Part shown: in pieces, positions 22,273 to 34,500 of the stretch
How positions within the stretch are numbered: position 1 is the stretch's first letter
How the letters are laid out: each line of letters begins with the position of its first letter
DNA from: an uncultured Methanomicrobiales archaeon
GTDB taxonomy: Archaea > Halobacteriota > Methanomicrobia > Methanomicrobiales > Methanospirillaceae
Length of the DNA stretch: 44,474 bases
Reading direction: 5' to 3'
Assembly: GCA_963758915.1 (NCBI GenBank)
Contig: CAVWXH010000018.1
Span: 1 to 44,474 of the forward strand
The notes under the pieces: generated by a model
The model's database searches: none
What the model saw: the letters and a program-made list of their open reading frames with translations, nothing else
What the model was told of the DNA's origin: nothing
Program-made: the position numbers and the translations under genes

Positions 22273-22382
22273 CTGCAATATCACCGTGTCAATTGTTAAC
22301 ATATGTCATACTAGTAAATGAAGATTGCCGATTGAACAGATACTTGCAGGATGTGTAACAAATGCGGCAAATTATTATTTGG

Positions 22383-22533
22383 GAATTTCTGTCCTGCTCC
22401 GAAAAGTCTCAAACATCAGTGGGACTATAACAGGTATAAGAGAATGATACCTGGTTCCGGATCCCGGTTTCTCGGCGGGACAACCAGTAATAGTCCCACT
22501 GATGTTTGGACTTATCGGAGCCGAACAGAATTC
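22383..22533. repeat. Long imperfect inverted repeat (~52-bp arms, 47-nt spacer); MITE-like or structured RNA
   Basis: 22383-22435 gaatttctgtcctgctccgaaaagtctcaaacatcagtgggactataacaggt versus reverse complement of 22483-22533 gaattctgttcggctccgataagtccaaacatcagtgggactattactggt, with a perfect 19-bp core. Confidence 0.85.
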
Positions 22534-22642
22534 GCATATTGTGAGTTCATTTTTATCTCACGTCATATACAAAGACTTTTCAAAAAACAATAGTATCTAA
22601 CATCCCTGGTTATTCAAAAAAATATGTTATGATTAGTATTGT

Positions 22643-23401
22643 TTATCCTGGTGCAGAGTATTCCCGCGAACATAGTGATTTCCGGATTATATCCTCATCT
22701 GCATGGTAGTAGAGGTCATCATGACCTTTCCATTTCTCACAGCCATGGAAGAGGACCGCCGGGACTCCGTTGTTACTCTCGCCCATGATGAAGTTTGCAA
22801 ACCCGGCAATCTCATCAACGACGGCCTCTTCCGTGATCTTCAATACGTGGCCGAAGAGGTCTGTGTCACCCCTGAAATCGCGTATTGCGGACATACCGCT
22901 CCAGCCGATCGCGTTGCCGGTCTGTCCACGCCGAAATGCCCTTCCAACCGTATCGGTAATGATGACCCCTATATCGCTGCCGTTGAGAGCCTTGATCCGT
23001 TCTCTTACCTCTTCTGCGGCCTTCATTGAGTCGGGTGGCAGGAGGATGATCATCCCGTCATCGATATTACTCTGGTCGACCCCGGCACGGACGCCGATAT
23101 GCCCCCCTGCGACCTCAGAGAGGATGAAAGGGTATTCAAGGAGGATATCAGTCGACGCATCAAGGACACCCTGGAGAAAACGGGGGTCTTCACCGGTCAT
23201 TTTCCCGATCCTTACCGCCCGTTCCGATGGTGTGATATCGTTGAGCCTGCGGGTAAATCCTTTTGATTTTGAATAGACAGATGAAGCAATGCAGAGAATA
23301 TCGCCGTCCATGATGCGGGCCCTTTCTGCAATCATTCCGGGGAGGTCATCGCCTTCATGGATGAGGGGAAGTCCCATTACCGGCTCAATGGTTATTGTCA
23401 T
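22643..23401 (-). CDS. cofE: Coenzyme F420-0:L-glutamate ligase
   Basis: GLPLIHEGDDL, AGVDQSN, GVIITDTVGRAFRRGQTGNAIG, VVDEIA..MGE...VPAV. Confidence 0.9.
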   Translation of the reverse strand: MTITIEPVMGLPLIHEGDDLPGMIAERARIMDGDILCIASSVYSKSKGFTRRLNDITPSERAVRIGKMTGEDPRFLQGVLDASTDILLEYPFILSEVAGGHIGVRAGVDQSNIDDGMIILLPPDSMKAAEEVRERIKALNGSDIGVIITDTVGRAFRRGQTGNAIGWSGMSAIRDFRGDTDLFGHVLKITEEAVVDEIAGFANFIMGESNNGVPAVLFHGCEKWKGHDDLYYHADEDIIRKSLCSREYSAPG

Positions 23402-23894
23402 GATCATCACCTTCTGCTCGTACACCCAGATATTTTATTTGCTTTTTTCCTGCTGCCCGGTATCATGGTGTTGCGAGGATTAGAACTTGTCCAACCTGCC
23501 CTGGCAGGTCCAGAGTATCCGCTGACCTTGTCGTGTCCGTAGATAAACTGGGGAGTAATGGGAAAGGATAAGGTTAGAGATGTATTTTCGACATAGACGG
23601 ACTTTGCACCCTGTGAGCTAAATCACCAATTGCAATCGCATACCTCTGCAGCAGAAATTATAATAACTCTTTTCATGCCGAATTCGGACTCAAATAGGTG
23701 GATCACAGCGATGCAGGTAATTTATAGGATCTGTACAAGGGGGCCTTCAATAAGAAGTATTGAATTGAGGAATGTTGCTAAATCAACAATCCCTTGGATA
23801 ACTGAAGGTATGAGGATTGTTGCGTCATTCCCCTAAGGAAAATTGCAGGTACTTAATACAAAACTATATGAGAGTTTTTCACGTCTACTGTTTC

Positions 23895-24488
23895 ATGGGA
23901 AAAAAGGTGATAGGTCTTCTCGGGAGTCCTCTTTCTGAGGGTAACACGGCAAAACTGCTTGACCGTGCACTCAGGGGAGCAGAGGATGCCGGTTGCACGG
24001 TGGAGAAAATTGAAGTCGCCAACCTTGATTTCGAGTCATGCATGGAGATGTTTTTCTGCAGAGACCATGACACCTGCATTATGGACGACGATATGCAGAC
24101 GCTCTATCCGAAGTTCAAAGAGATGGATTGTCTCATCATTGCTACCCCGGTCATGACAATGGGAATTCCCGGTAAACTCAAATCTATGATAGACCGGTTC
24201 CAGGTCTTTTTCATGGCCAAGTATATGCGGAAACAGCCGTTCATCGCAAAGGAGCGCAGGGCGGGGCGAAAAGGACTCTTCATCTGTATATCAGGTATGA
24301 AAATCCCCGACGTTTTTGTCGGCGTAAAACTGACAATCAGGGCATTTTTTGACATTATTGACTGCCAGTATACCGATGAGCTGTTGATCAATGATATGGA
24401 CACAATCCAGGACGTGGCGGCACACCCGGACCTGCTCGATGCGGCATACCAGAAAGGTTACAACCTCGGGAAATCCCTCACCGCATAA
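23895..24488 (+). CDS. Flavodoxin-family / iron-sulfur flavoprotein-like NADPH-dependent FMN reductase
   Basis: GLLGSP..GNT FMN loop, CMEMFFC-x5-C, DDM, IIATPV, LKSMIDR; likely start ATG 23895. Confidence 0.8.
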   Translation: MGKKVIGLLGSPLSEGNTAKLLDRALRGAEDAGCTVEKIEVANLDFESCMEMFFCRDHDTCIMDDDMQTLYPKFKEMDCLIIATPVMTMGIPGKLKSMIDRFQVFFMAKYMRKQPFIAKERRAGRKGLFICISGMKIPDVFVGVKLTIRAFFDIIDCQYTDELLINDMDTIQDVAAHPDLLDAAYQKGYNLGKSLTA

Positions 24489-24687
24489 TCTTCACCCCGT
24501 TAATATTTTCAAACCCGGGGTACTTCCGATTGGGGGGGATTTACCAATGGAGATTGTCCCATGAATTAAGTATCTATACTACCCTGAACCAGCCTTATTA
24601 AATACGGCAATGGCTATTCTAAACTGATAGATCATGGACAGGAAAACCCTCTAATTAAACAGGGAGTTCCGGTTGCTTACACCATAA

Positions 24688-26964
<2,277 letters not shown>

Positions 26965-27042
26965 CATAAATGTTACAAGGATGGAGAACCTCACGAAAGT
27001 GAATCAGGAGCTCGGGCAGTATATGGCAAAAGGGCTGAAGTT

Positions 27043-28122
27043 GTGAAGGGTATATCTGGTGTGGCGCCGCGAATCATCTCGTGGAACATCACGCTCCGCT
27101 GCCCCCTGAAATGTGCCCACTGTTACGTGGACGCGGGTGACAGCGAGGCAGAAGGAGTGCTCTCCACGAAGGAAGCATTCGGCGTTATCGACCAGATCTG
27201 CGAGACAGGGAAACCCGTTCTCGTGCTGAGCGGAGGGGAACCTCTCATGAGGGAGGATATCTTTGATATCGCCCGGTACGGTTCTGACCAGGGACTCAGG
27301 ATGGTTATGGGTACGAGCGGGATCCTGATCGATCGGAAGCACGCAGCAAAGCTCAGTAAGGCTGGAATTAAAGCCGTAGCGATAAGCCTTGACTCCAAAG
27401 ACCCGGCAGTTCACGATTCGTTCCGTGGGGTGAATGGTGTATGGGAAAAGGCCGTGCAGGCGATCCGCAATTGCCGGGGAGAGGGGATTGGCGTCCAGGT
27501 TAACATATCGGTCATGCGCTTCGATATCAACGAGGTCAACGAAGTAATTGATTTAGGGACCTCCCTTGGTGTCCGGGATTACCAGGTCTTCTTCCCGGTC
27601 CCGACCGGGAGGGCACGGGAAACGGAACCCGGAAAACCGGATGAATACGAAACACTGATCAGGAAGATCTTAAAGAAATACCATGATAGCGGGATAAATA
27701 TCCGCCCGACATGTGCCCCACAGTTCCGCCGTATAGCAGAGGAACTGGGGATTAAGAACCCCTCATGGGGCAGGGGATGCATCGCTGGCATCAGTTATTG
27801 CCGGATTTACGCGAATGGGGATGTAACCCCATGCCCGTACCTTCCGGTGAGCGCCGGTAATGTCAGGACTACCCCGTTTCATGAGATCTGGAACAATTCA
27901 GAAATCTTTGCAGCACTCCGCGACCCTGATCGCCTTACCGGGAAGTGCGGGATATGCAGGTATAAAACCATCTGTGGCGGTTGCAGGGCACGGGCATACC
28001 GGGGAGCAGGCACATTTTCTCATCAATGGTGTGACGGGCTTGCTGCTCCCGAAGTGCTGAACGGGGACCTCTGTGCTGAAGATCCCTGTTGCCCATACGA
28101 ACCGCAGGAGGTTGTAATTTGA
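27043..28122 (+). CDS. ahbD: Radical SAM/SPASM heme b synthase, AhbD/NirJ2-like
   Basis: CPLKCAHC, SGGEPL, PTCAPQF, GCIAG, CGIC..CGGCRARAY; operon with ahbAB and ahbC. Confidence 0.8.
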   Translation: MKGISGVAPRIISWNITLRCPLKCAHCYVDAGDSEAEGVLSTKEAFGVIDQICETGKPVLVLSGGEPLMREDIFDIARYGSDQGLRMVMGTSGILIDRKHAAKLSKAGIKAVAISLDSKDPAVHDSFRGVNGVWEKAVQAIRNCRGEGIGVQVNISVMRFDINEVNEVIDLGTSLGVRDYQVFFPVPTGRARETEPGKPDEYETLIRKILKKYHDSGINIRPTCAPQFRRIAEELGIKNPSWGRGCIAGISYCRIYANGDVTPCPYLPVSAGNVRTTPFHEIWNNSEIFAALRDPDRLTGKCGICRYKTICGGCRARAYRGAGTFSHQWCDGLAAPEVLNGDLCAEDPCCPYEPQEVVI

Positions 28123-28631
28123 TAGATCATTCACATCCGGACACGGTTGATATGCATATCCTTGATGCACTCCAGAGCGATATCCCACTGGTTCCCCGGC
28201 CTTTTACAACAATTTCAGAGCGTCTTGGAATTCCCGAGCAGGAACTTCTTGACCGGTTGAAACTGCTCCAGGAACATGGTATTGTGCGTGGGATATCACC
28301 CACTCTTGAATCCCGGCATATGGGACTTTCTGCTGCCACCCTGATTGCCCTCCATGTTCCGGACGAAAAAGTTCACGAGATCGCGGCCATTATCAGCAGT
28401 TACCCGGAGGTCTCCCATAATTTCATGCGTGACCATTATTACACCCTCTGGTTCACGCTCTCTGGTAAAAATGAAGAAGATCTGCAGCATGTGCTTACAG
28501 AAATTCTGCAACGTACAGGAGTTCCGGATACGGATGTCCTGGACCTTCCCACCGTAAGAAAACTGAAAGTGGACGTACGTTTTTCTTTTTTAAACAAAAC
28601 AGACCAGGAGGGCATCATTGGACCGGACTGA
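28119..28631 (+). CDS. ahbA: Siroheme decarboxylase alpha subunit (Lrp/AsnC-like, NirD-type)
   Basis: LQSDIPLVPRPF, EVSHNFMRDH.YTLWFT; TTG start overlapping ahbD stop (TTGA). Confidence 0.85.
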   Translation: MIDHSHPDTVDMHILDALQSDIPLVPRPFTTISERLGIPEQELLDRLKLLQEHGIVRGISPTLESRHMGLSAATLIALHVPDEKVHEIAAIISSYPEVSHNFMRDHYYTLWFTLSGKNEEDLQHVLTEILQRTGVPDTDVLDLPTVRKLKVDVRFSFLNKTDQEGIIGPD

Positions 28632-29106
28632 CCTGGACCTGCTCTCTGAACTTGAACACGGACTCCCCCTGGTGAACGAGCCCTTTAAAGAGGTTGGAAA
28701 GCGGTTGAACCTTACCGGCAAAGAGGTCCTGGAGAGAATTAAAAATCTCCGGGCCGAAGGGATTATCCGGAAATTCCAGGCACGGATCAACCAGAGGCAG
28801 GTAGGAATATCGGCTAACGCCCTCGTTGCATGGAAACAACCGGGGCCGCCAGGCAGTGATATCGGATCGCTGCTGGCATCGTTCCCGTGTATAACTCATT
28901 GCTATGAACGCCTTCCTGTGCCGGGCAGGTGGGAATACTCGGTATATACCGTACATCACGGATATAGCAGGGACGCAGTCCTTGCAGAAATAGGGGATAT
29001 CGCAAACCGGGTGGGGGTCCGGGATTATGTTGTCCTCTTCAGTACCGAAGAGTTCAAACGCGTCCCGAATGTCCGGATACGGGAGAACGGGGGAACTTTG
29101 CTATGA
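28618..29106 (+). CDS. ahbB: Siroheme decarboxylase beta subunit (NirH-type)
   Basis: GLPLVNEPF, ANALVAW, ITHCYER..W.YSVYTVHH, LFSTEEFK. Confidence 0.85.
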   Translation: MDRTDLDLLSELEHGLPLVNEPFKEVGKRLNLTGKEVLERIKNLRAEGIIRKFQARINQRQVGISANALVAWKQPGPPGSDIGSLLASFPCITHCYERLPVPGRWEYSVYTVHHGYSRDAVLAEIGDIANRVGVRDYVVLFSTEEFKRVPNVRIRENGGTLL

Positions 29107-30290
29107 ACCGGATTACACAGTGCCTCCATGGGCGGGGAACGGTGAGTGCGGTGATGCATCACCGCCACAACCCGGATGACCGGATGCCAAGTAAGTACCT
29201 TGCATTTACGGACCAACGCAGGCCTGTTGTATTCTGGAACATCACAAACAGGTGCAATCTCAGTTGCGAACACTGTTACAGCCAGTCGGACCCCCATTGC
29301 CAGACCGGGGGAGAACTGACGACAACCGAAGCATTCGGTGTCATCGATGACCTCGCCTCCATGGGTGTTCCCCTGATTATATTCACCGGAGGGGAGCCCC
29401 TGCTACGGGAAGATCTCTGGGACCTCGCGGACCATGCAGCCACCCGGGGTATCAAAACAGCACTTAGTACGAATGGCACCCTGATTTCAGCAGATGTTGC
29501 CCGCAAAATCAGGAAAAGCGGGATCGAATATGCAGGCATATCACTTGACGGGGCCGGACCGGATACCCACGACCGTTTCAGAAATTCACCCGGAGCATTT
29601 CAAAGAGCAACATCTGCCTTCGCCAGTTGCCGCGAAGAAGGAGTGCGGAGCGGTGTACGTGTTACCCTCACCAAGGAAAACTTCCATGAACTCGGACCTC
29701 TTGTCGATCTCGCCCTTGAACTTGGTGCATCGAGGTTCTGCCTGTACTGGCTGGTGCCCTGCGGCAGGGGACTAAATGACTACAAACGGTTACAGCTGGG
29801 ACGAGAGGAGGTAACAGAGGCCCTCGACCTTCTCTACCGGAAAGCAAAAGAGACCGCCCCGGGGAGGATGGAGTTTCTTACCGTTGACGCTCCCCAGGAC
29901 TGCATTCACCTGCTCCGTTCAATGGAGCATGACAGGTCACCAGACCTCGCTGATGCACAGGATCTCCTGAAGTCCCTGAAGGGAGGCTGTAGTGCAGGAG
30001 ACCGTGTAGCTAACATTGACCCCTGGGGAAATGTCTATCCCTGCCAGTTTGCCCGGTCCCCTGATTTTTTTACCGGCAATGTCAGGGAACAACCGTTCTC
30101 AGCGATATGGGGGGATGGAAATCATCCGGTTCTCGCCAGGTTCAGGGATAAGGACCACCGGATAACGGGTAAATGCAGTAGTTGCGGGTATGTCCATCTC
30201 TGTGGCGGGGGCTGCCGGGTTCGTGCATATGCCTGCTACGGGGATTTTTCTGCAGAAGACCCGTTCTGTTTTATTGAAAATGATAATTAA
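29103..30290 (+). CDS. ahbC: Radical SAM 12,18-didecarboxysiroheme deacetylase, AhbC/NirJ1-like
   Basis: N-terminal extension then RPVVFWNITNRCNLSCEHCY, LSTNGTLI, YAGISLDG, LTVD, SPASM Cys cluster. Confidence 0.8.
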   Translation: MNRITQCLHGRGTVSAVMHHRHNPDDRMPSKYLAFTDQRRPVVFWNITNRCNLSCEHCYSQSDPHCQTGGELTTTEAFGVIDDLASMGVPLIIFTGGEPLLREDLWDLADHAATRGIKTALSTNGTLISADVARKIRKSGIEYAGISLDGAGPDTHDRFRNSPGAFQRATSAFASCREEGVRSGVRVTLTKENFHELGPLVDLALELGASRFCLYWLVPCGRGLNDYKRLQLGREEVTEALDLLYRKAKETAPGRMEFLTVDAPQDCIHLLRSMEHDRSPDLADAQDLLKSLKGGCSAGDRVANIDPWGNVYPCQFARSPDFFTGNVREQPFSAIWGDGNHPVLARFRDKDHRITGKCSSCGYVHLCGGGCRVRAYACYGDFSAEDPFCFIENDN

Positions 30291-30350
30291 ACCAGCTTAA
30301 AATGAGGTACTATAACAATCAACAAACGGCTATTATTTCTCAGATACTCC

Positions 30351-31040
30351 ATGGACCGGAAGCTGGTTGTCATCCTCGTTCTTCTGCTTCTTTGTGGAAT
30401 CGCAATCTCTCTTGCAGCCTATTTTTTCGGCGTATTCCGCTTCGATATGAGGGTGGCTTTTGCGCTGCGTGGTGAGGACGACCCGGCGTTTGCTGCGTTA
30501 ATGACGTCTGTCAGTTTCCTTGGGGACGGATGGGTCCCGGTTATCCTTGTTTTTGCGGTGGCAGGCATATGTGCAGTCCGGAAGAAATGGATCGAAGCGG
30601 CATTTGTAATTGCCACACTCAGCAGTGGAATCGTTGCCGGGGTAATCAAGATACTGGTAAGCCGCCCTCGTCCGCCAGCTTTTACCCTGGAACCGAATGA
30701 TATCTTCCAGTCCTTCAACCAGTATGCCTATCCCAGTGGCCATGTCATGTTCTTCGTTGTATTTTTTGGATTTGCCGGCTTTCTTTCCTGGAAATTTCTT
30801 GAAGGCTGGATACGATGGATCACCGTTTCAGTATGCGCCATCCTGATCGTGCTCATCGGGCCTTCGCGAATCTATCTCGGGGTACACTGGGTGAGTGATG
30901 TGATCGGGAGTTACGTAATCGGAACCTTCTGGCTGATTATCCTGGTCCTCCTGTATCAACTGGTACTGTACCGGACCGGCAGCCCGGTGGAGACCGGGCA
31001 GGGCAGTTCTGGCGGGGGGCAGGTTGGACACGGAGAATGA
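30351..31040 (+). CDS. PAP2-family membrane phosphatase
   Basis: K-x(4)-RPRP, YPSGH and SRIYLGVHWVSDV motifs with multiple TM segments. Confidence 0.9.
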   Translation: MDRKLVVILVLLLLCGIAISLAAYFFGVFRFDMRVAFALRGEDDPAFAALMTSVSFLGDGWVPVILVFAVAGICAVRKKWIEAAFVIATLSSGIVAGVIKILVSRPRPPAFTLEPNDIFQSFNQYAYPSGHVMFFVVFFGFAGFLSWKFLEGWIRWITVSVCAILIVLIGPSRIYLGVHWVSDVIGSYVIGTFWLIILVLLYQLVLYRTGSPVETGQGSSGGGQVGHGE

Positions 31041-31338
31041 TAACCCATACCAAAGGACCACAATCATAAAGGATGAAAATTGAATACCCAGGGGCGGAAA
31101 TTTTCATATTAAAACGGGTTTCCCTGCCAGTATCTTGTCAGGGTGCAGACCAATTTCCATAAAGCCGGCCAGACAATGCTCCTGGTGATGATTAACCTGT
31201 ACATTCAAAGGATTACCTGACCATTGACTGGACCGCACATTATATCCGCCGTGTCCATCAACAAGGCGGTTTTAGTTGTATCAAACTAATAGTTATTACA
31301 CATTCCCGGTTCTATCATTAGGTAGGTCGTTGCGCTGA

Positions 31339-31551
31339 ATGATTCCTGTTCATATTGCAAAAGGCGAGCCGGTTCTTCCAGGATACGACAGTCTCTTTCT
31401 GCTCGGATCCAACGAATTCACAGTATCCACACCCGTCAACGCGGCCCGTGTAACCTGGCTGCCCGAACAGGAATCGTTCGATGTAATCATACCTGACTAC
31501 CTGATACCCGTGCCGAAGGGAGCATTTCAGGATAGAGGAGGGTACCCGTGA
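31339..31551 (+). pseudogene. Degenerate truncated receiver (REC) domain ORF
   Basis: Gapless alignment with the REC N-half of the downstream kinase (EP..L..FL..EF.V.T..AA..D.II.DY..P; 18/56 identical by hand count); acidic DD pair replaced by KG; GTGA overlap with kinase start. Confidence 0.6.
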
Positions 31552-34500
31552 CAACCGTCCCCATACTGGCTCTTTATATCGACGACGAGCCGGCGCTCCT
31601 CAACATCGGGAAGGCCTTTCTTGAGAGGGGCGGGGAATTCCAGGTAGATACTGCCGAGTCTGCTGCAGAGGCGTTGCAGGCCATCGCAGCCAGGGAATAC
31701 GATGCCATCATATCCGATTACCAGATGCCGGAAATGGACGGGATCAAGCTGTTAAAGGTGGTTCGACAGTCCGGAAACGAGATACCTTTCATCCTGTTCA
31801 CGGGCAGGGGACGGGAGGAGGTCGTCATCGAGGCCCTGAACGAAGGAGCTGATTTCTACCTCCAGAAAGGCGGGGACCCGATGGCCCAGTTCGCCGAGCT
31901 TGCTCACAAGGTCAGGCAGGCTGTGAAACGGCGTCAGGCAGAACTCTCGCAAACCGAGTCAGAGAAAAGGCTCGCAGATATTATCAATTTCCTCCCGGAT
32001 GCCACGTTTGCCATAGACCGGGCGGGCTATATCATCGCGTGGAACCAGGCCATCGAAGAGATGACCGGATTGCCTGCATCAGAGATGATCGGGAAAGGGA
32101 ACTTTGAGTATGCTGTCCCGTTTTACGGGGTCCGGCGCAAGATCCTCATCGACCTGATCTTCGAGCCCGATGACGTCATTGCAAAAAATTACGCCCACAT
32201 CATCCATGAGAAGGATATCCTGATCGCAGAAACCTCGCTCCCCCGGCCGAAAGGGAACGTTGTGACCCTGATGGGTAAAGCAAGCCCGTTGTATAACAGG
32301 AAAGGGGAGATCGTCGGCGCTATCGAATCTATCCGGGATGTCTCTGAACGGAAACAGGCGGAAGATGCGCTCCGCGAAAGCGAAGACATGTACCGGGCGA
32401 TCTTCACGACGACCGGAGCTGCCACCATCATCATAGAGAAGGATACGACAATTGCCCTTGCAAACGAACGATTTGCCCAGCTGTCCGGCTATTCGATTGA
32501 GGAACTTGAGGGGAAGCGGAGCTGGACCGAGTTTATTGTTCCGGAAGATCTTGAGCAGATGAAAGAATATCACCATGAACGGCGCAATGATCCGGTTTTT
32601 GCTCCGAGTGTTTACGAGTTCCGGTTCATTGACCGGCATGGCAGGGTGAAGTACTGCATTGTCCACGTTACCATAATCCCCGGGACAGCCCGGAGCGTGG
32701 CATCCGTACTGGATATCACGGATCGCGTCCTTGCCGAGCAGGACTACCGCGGTATTTTCGAGAATATCCAGGACGTCTATTACCGCACGGATGCAGAGGG
32801 GAACCTTGTCAGGGTAAGCCCGTCCGCAGCATCTATCCTCGGTTACGATTCGGTCAACGAGATATACGGGAAGAACGTCGCACAGACGCTCTATGTCAAC
32901 CCGGAGGAGAGGAGGCAGTTCCTCGCCGAGCTCGAAAAGGGTGGAGGAGTGGTGACCAATTACGAGGTACTGCTCAAAAAGAATGACGGGTCACCGATCT
33001 ATGCCTTGACCAGCAGCCACAAGTACTACGATGCTGCCGGGAATTACCTGGGTATTGAGGGTATCCTGCGGGATATCACCGAGCGCAAGCAGGCCGAGGA
33101 GGAACTGCGCAAGAGCGAAGACCGCTTCAGCCGCGCGATTGCCGGGACCGGAGCGGGGCTGTGGGACTGGGACATGGTCAATGACCGGGTATTCTTCTCC
33201 CTGCAGTGGAAGACGATGCTGGGCTACGGGGACTCTGAGGTGGAGAATAACTTCTCAGGCTGGAAGAACCTCTGGCACCCGGACGATGCAGCCCGGATCG
33301 AGAAATCCGTGAGTGACTACCTCGAGGGAAAGACGACAAAATACGAGATCGAACACCGCCTGCACCACAAGGACGGCAGCTGGCACTGGATTCTTACGCG
33401 CGGCGACATCCACAGGGACGCAGAGGGAAGACCGGTCCGCTGGACGGGGACCAATATCGATATCACCGAGCGCAAACTGGATGAAGACGAGCTCCGGGCT
33501 GCACACGAACAACTCACCGCATCCGAAGAGAAGCTGAAAGCAAACCTGGAGACGCTGACACGGCAGGACCAGATCATCCGCGAAAGCGAGTCCCGGCTCA
33601 GGTCATTCATAGATACAACGTCCGATGCTGTCATGATTATTGACGAAGAGGGAAAAATTATCGAATGGAATGCCGGATCAGAGCAGATCTCGGGGATTTC
33701 AAAGGAGGAGGCCATCGAAAGGTACTGGTGGGATGTCGTGATCCGTCTCGTTCCCCCTGAACGACGTACAGAGGAACGCAGAGCAGCGCTCGAACAGACG
33801 ATCCGCACGGGATTATCAACCGGTGTCCCGAGCTTTACCGGGCCAATTGTCACAGAAATTGAACGTCCCGATGGTACGAGTGTAATTATCCGGCAGACTA
33901 TTTTCCCTATCAAAACGGAGAAAGGATTCCGGTTCGGTGCAATCTCACAGGATATCACAGCTGAGAGCCGGGGAAATGATGCTTTAATGGAGAGCGAGGC
34001 CGAAGTACCGCACGCTGGTCGAGACAACCGGTACCGGTTTTGTTATCGTTGATGCAAAGGGGAATGTCCTTGATGCCAACCCCGAGTATGTCCGCCTGAC
34101 CGGCCATACAAGACTTGCAGAGATCGCAGGCAGGAACGTGCTTGAATGGACAGCGGAATACGAGAAGGAGAAAAATGCGCAGGCCGTGCAGCAATGCGTC
34201 AGAAACGGGTTTATCCGGAACTTCGAGATCGATTACGTAAGTACTACCGGCACGATCACGCCGATCGAGATCAACGCGACCGTCCTGGAATCCGGGGAAG
34301 GCTTCCGCATCCTCACGCTCTGCCGGGACATCACCGAGCGCAGGAGAGCGGAGGAGGAGGCAGCACTCCTTGCCTGCCTCAACGATCTCAGCCCGGCATC
34401 CGTGATCGTCCATACCCCCGAGGGGGAGATGCTGTATGCAAACCAGCGGACACTCGAACTCCACGGTTGGACCCGTGAAGAGTTCATGGCAAAGAACCTG

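Noticed and set aside
22351-22593. 80-aa ORF with CxxC start
   Set aside because: Lies across the long inverted repeat, has no supporting motif, and is better explained as non-coding.
33990-34010. Programmed ribosomal frameshift in the histidine kinase
   Set aside because: No slippery heptamer; a single extra C matches the insertion pattern seen elsewhere in the window.
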